DNA of 64,000 nucleotides from a virus (Duplodnaviria; Caudoviricetes): IMG/VR virus record IMGVR_UViG_3300027874_000010, positions 1 to 64,000 of that record; one strand, 5' to 3'. Shown piece by piece: positions 61,568 to 64,000 of this stretch (position 1 is its first letter; each line of letters starts with the position of its first letter). The notes under the pieces were generated by a model. It saw only the letters and a program-made list of their open reading frames with translations, ran no database searches and was not told where the DNA came from. The position numbers and the translations under genes were made by a program.

Positions 61568-61996
61568 ATGCAGCGCAACAACCCGAAGGCCGTGGGCGAG
61601 CGGTCCGAAGTCATGGTCCTGGCGGCGCTCCTGCGTCAGCGCCACGTCGTCCTGCAGCCGTTTGGCGACAACCAGCGGTACGACCTCGTAGTGGATCTCG
61701 ACGGCGTGTTCGTTCGCGTGCAGTGCAAGACAGCGCGGCTGGTCAACGGCGCACTCACCTTCGCGACGTGCAGTTCCCAGGCGCACCGCCAGCGGGGGCA
61801 CCAGACCTACCGTGGCGAGGCCGAGTACTTTGGCGTCTACAGCCCCGATCTCGACCGCGTGTTCATGGTGCCGGTCGAAGGTACAGGCGAGCGCTCATCG
61901 TGGTTGCGACTGGAAGCGCCGCGCAACGGACAGCAGGCGAAGGTCAGATACGCCGACCAGTTCGCCGTGGAATCATGGGAGCACACTCCCCGGTAG
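61568..61996 (+). CDS. PD-(D/E)XK endonuclease (group I intron-associated / PDDEXK_5-like)
   Basis: GERSE...PFGDNQRYDLVVD...RVQCKT...FGVY. Confidence 0.85.
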   Translation: MQRNNPKAVGERSEVMVLAALLRQRHVVLQPFGDNQRYDLVVDLDGVFVRVQCKTARLVNGALTFATCSSQAHRQRGHQTYRGEAEYFGVYSPDLDRVFMVPVEGTGERSSWLRLEAPRNGQQAKVRYADQFAVESWEHTPR

Positions 61997-62058
61997 CTCA
62001 ATGGTCGAGCGCGGTCCTGTTAAGACCGGAGATGCCCGTTCGAGTCGGGCCTGGGGAG
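61987..62058 (+). tRNA. tRNA-Asn(GTT)
   Basis: TCCCCGG/CTGGGGA; CGGTC-CTGTTAA-GACCG; GCCCG-TTCGAGT-CGGGC. Confidence 0.9.
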
Positions 62059-62067
62059 CCGAAGCCG

Positions 62068-62184
62068 ATGCGTAATGCGCTGCTGCTCCTGGGCGCGGGA
62101 ATCTTTCTGCTGGCGACGATAGTCCTGCGGGTGTGGTGGGACTCGCCGCTGTACTGCATCCACTTCGGCTGGTTCTGCCCATAG
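62068..62184 (+). CDS. small membrane protein
   Basis: MRNALLLLGAGIFLLATIVLRVWW. Confidence 0.45.
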   Translation: MRNALLLLGAGIFLLATIVLRVWWDSPLYCIHFGWFCP

Positions 62185-62209
62185 CCGCCGGCGCACTGTG
62201 TGCGAATTG

Positions 62210-62238
62210 TTGTGCGCATGTGCGAAATCGTGTATTAT
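62210..62238 (+). promoter_or_regulatory. GTGCGA-box promoter (extra box at 62200)
   Basis: TTGTGC-GCAT-GTGCGA-N7-TATTAT. Confidence 0.75.
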
Positions 62239-62279
62239 CTTCTTGTGGGGCTGAGAGGCCCCCGAGAGGAGTCCGAGAG

Positions 62280-62450
62280 ATGAGAGAGCGAGCCGCCACC
62301 ACCGCGCGCCGAATGCGCGCGAAGGCCCGCCGAGCCGCCCGCCGCATGATGCGCGCGATGGCCGCTCCCCGCAGGCCAGTGCCGATGGCGATGGCCGCGC
62401 CCCGCATGGGCTACGCGACCAGTCACACGATGACCTATCGGTACGCCTAG
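62280..62450 (+). CDS. Arg/Met/Ala-rich basic peptide
   Basis: MRERAATTARRMRAKARRAARRMMRAM...; SD GAGGAG. Confidence 0.5.
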   Translation: MRERAATTARRMRAKARRAARRMMRAMAAPRRPVPMAMAAPRMGYATSHTMTYRYA

Positions 62451-62843
62451 TGAGTGGCGCACTGACCAGGGCGTCCAGCCGTGGGGTTCCCCCTTCTATG
62501 GGCCGGGAACAGCCGGAGAACGCAGCCAGGTGGTCAATACGGAGAGCGGACACGACGCCAAGCGCCCGCTCGTTCCTGGCCTGTCGGACCGGTGGCGGGT
62601 GTGTCGCCCAGGGGTGCCTTGGTCAGTGCGCCAGTCACAACCCGGCCTCTCGCGTCTGGACGAGGGGTCCGCGACGGGGCCACAAGCCTGCGTCGTGCAG
62701 TCCGGGTGTCGCCTCCAGTAGTTGAGTAGAGGTGGTTCACGACCAGTCCCTTGCCCCCCTATGGAAGTGGGCTGGCTCAGCCCCGAGCGGCTGAGGTCAG
62801 GTCGGTCTTGGTATCCGACCGTCCGCTCGAACGAAAGGAGCGC
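62450..62843 (+). ncRNA. candidate large structured RNA / structured leader
   Basis: 23-bp stem 62450-62472 with 62616-62638; at least 8 further hairpins. Confidence 0.55.
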
Positions 62844-63071
62844 ATGGCAAAACTCACTCGCGGACAGATCCGCTACTTCGCCCGCCAATCGGTCACGCCC
62901 GTTTACAGCGTGCCTGCTGACCGATGGGGGCACGGCTTCGCGATGTACGCCTCGGTGCCCGTCTTCGCTGACAACCGCACCAACCGCGCCATCGACGCCC
63001 ACGAAACTCGCATCCGCAACCGCCGCACCTTCCGTCGCCGCCCTGGTCCTACTGCGGCAGATTGGAGCTAA
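62844..63071 (+). CDS. hypothetical
   Basis: SD AAAGGAG sequestered in a hairpin. Confidence 0.5.
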   Translation: MAKLTRGQIRYFARQSVTPVYSVPADRWGHGFAMYASVPVFADNRTNRAIDAHETRIRNRRTFRRRPGPTAADWS

Positions 63072-63076
63072 CCCTA

Positions 63077-63289
63077 ATGTTCGAGGTCGTCCCTGACGGC
63101 CAGCGCTTCCGGGTCGCTCGCAACGGGGAGCTTCTCCCCGCGCGGTTCCACCGCCGCGAGCAGGCCGAGGCGTACGTCGCCGCCCAGGAGCAGGCCGTGC
63201 GCGACGAGTACCAGGCCCGCAAGGGGCACCTCCAGGCGGGCAACCTGCCTGACGTGTACGGCGGGAACCTGCTCAGCTACCCGCGCTAA
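63077..63289 (+). CDS. hypothetical
   Basis: MFEVVPDGQRFRV... Confidence 0.5.
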   Translation: MFEVVPDGQRFRVARNGELLPARFHRREQAEAYVAAQEQAVRDEYQARKGHLQAGNLPDVYGGNLLSYPR

Positions 63290-63292
63290 TTC

Positions 63293-63321
63293 TTGCACGT
63301 TCGCACACGCTCGCATATCAT
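63293..63321 (+). promoter_or_regulatory. promoter with inverted box (TCGCAC)
   Basis: TTGCAC-N17-TATCAT-N8-AAGGAG. Confidence 0.7.
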
Positions 63322-63340
63322 TTGGATGTAAGGAGAAGCA

Positions 63341-63655
63341 GTGACCACCACCACCCAACGACCAGCCACGGCCATGAAGAACGAGATCAAGCGCTTTCTC
63401 AAGCGCAACGGCTTCGACTACGAGGTCACGTGGTATTCCAAGGCCGCGTGGCAGGCGCGCGGCGAGCGCTTCGGCAACGAGGCGGACGTGAGCCTCGTCT
63501 TCGAGGGGCCACTCTACGAGGCCCTCAACTACGGCAGCTACGGCGGGTACCGCGAGGGCGGGGCCGTGGACTTCTTCGCTGAGACGGCGCGCAAGTACGG
63601 CTACTTCTTCGAGCAGGGCTTCGCCTGGTCGGGCCACTTCTACAAGTGGGATTGA
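63341..63655 (+). CDS. hypothetical
   Basis: SD; ends YFFEQGFAWSGHFYKWD. Confidence 0.7.
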   Translation: MTTTTQRPATAMKNEIKRFLKRNGFDYEVTWYSKAAWQARGERFGNEADVSLVFEGPLYEALNYGSYGGYREGGAVDFFAETARKYGYFFEQGFAWSGHFYKWD

Positions 63656-63666
63656 GAGGAGATCCA

Positions 63667-64000
63667 GTGACCACCAACGTTCGCCTGGTAGCAGTCCAGG
63701 CCCAGGAACTCAACGACCCGGACGGCGATCCGGGCTACGTCTTCGAGGACGCCGAGAACAACCCCCAGGACCGCTTCGCCCAGGAGCGCGCCAACGCCTA
63801 CGTGAACGGCGACTGGCATTGGGTCGGCATCCGCGCGATGGCAACCCTCGAAGTCGATTCGGGGGCCGACCCCGCTCACAACGTCAACTGGAAGACCGAA
63901 CAGCACGTCTACTCGTCGGGTCTGTGGGGCATCGAGAGCGACTCGTCTGGCGACTACTTCGATGAGGTCGGCCGCGAACAGGTCGCGGAGCTACGCGAGA
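63667..64000 (+). CDS. hypothetical, truncated by window edge
   Basis: Manual translation MTTNVRLV...WHWVGIRA...SGLWGIESDS. Confidence 0.6.
   Translation, partial: MTTNVRLVAVQAQELNDPDGDPGYVFEDAENNPQDRFAQERANAYVNGDWHWVGIRAMATLEVDSGADPAHNVNWKTEQHVYSSGLWGIESDSSGDYFDEVGREQVAELRE

Noticed and set aside
1-64000. Integrase, reverse transcriptase/DGR, CRISPR array, rRNA, transposase
   Set aside because: No supporting motifs or repeat-spacer structure found in the window

Overview
This window is a high-GC (roughly two-thirds G+C) tailed dsDNA phage genome segment with HK97-type head genes. The host is uncertain; Rpf, LGFP-like and Chloroflexota-type domains point to a soil Actinomycetota/Chloroflexota host (inference). 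The minus strand carries the head module (TerS, TerL, portal, Mu-gpF-like protein, Com-like Zn finger, prohead protease, major capsid, two decoration-like paralogs). It also carries a second structural block (2373-aa LamG/repeat protein, S74-chaperone tail fibre, BppU-like and Gp80-like proteins), GH25, C39 and Rpf cell-wall enzymes, and a third block of cargo genes. The plus strand carries blocks of small early-type genes, a DNA ligase, HNH and PD-(D/E)XK nucleases, three intact tRNAs (Lys, Cys, Asn) and a His 5' half. Main discovery: a candidate virion-delivered effector polyprotein system. Fifteen copies of a motif K|x(Y/F/W)D(P/E)xQPRDxxGR(W/F) head individual enzymatic modules in five genes. 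These include a 2892-aa protein with seven R-S-ExE ADP-ribosyltransferase modules plus two zincins, and a portal fused to an Acb1-like 2H phosphoesterase and a zeta-toxin kinase; the other modules are GNAT, ParB-like, DUF7178-like and further zincins. Each copy follows a Lys resembling the predicted capsid-protease cut site. Also seen: a 16-bp palindrome repeated 8 times across the window, a fixed-geometry promoter-SD cassette with an internal GTGCGA box, two long structured intergenic RNAs, and a probable CTG start codon. No integrase, CRISPR array, RT or replicative polymerase is visible.
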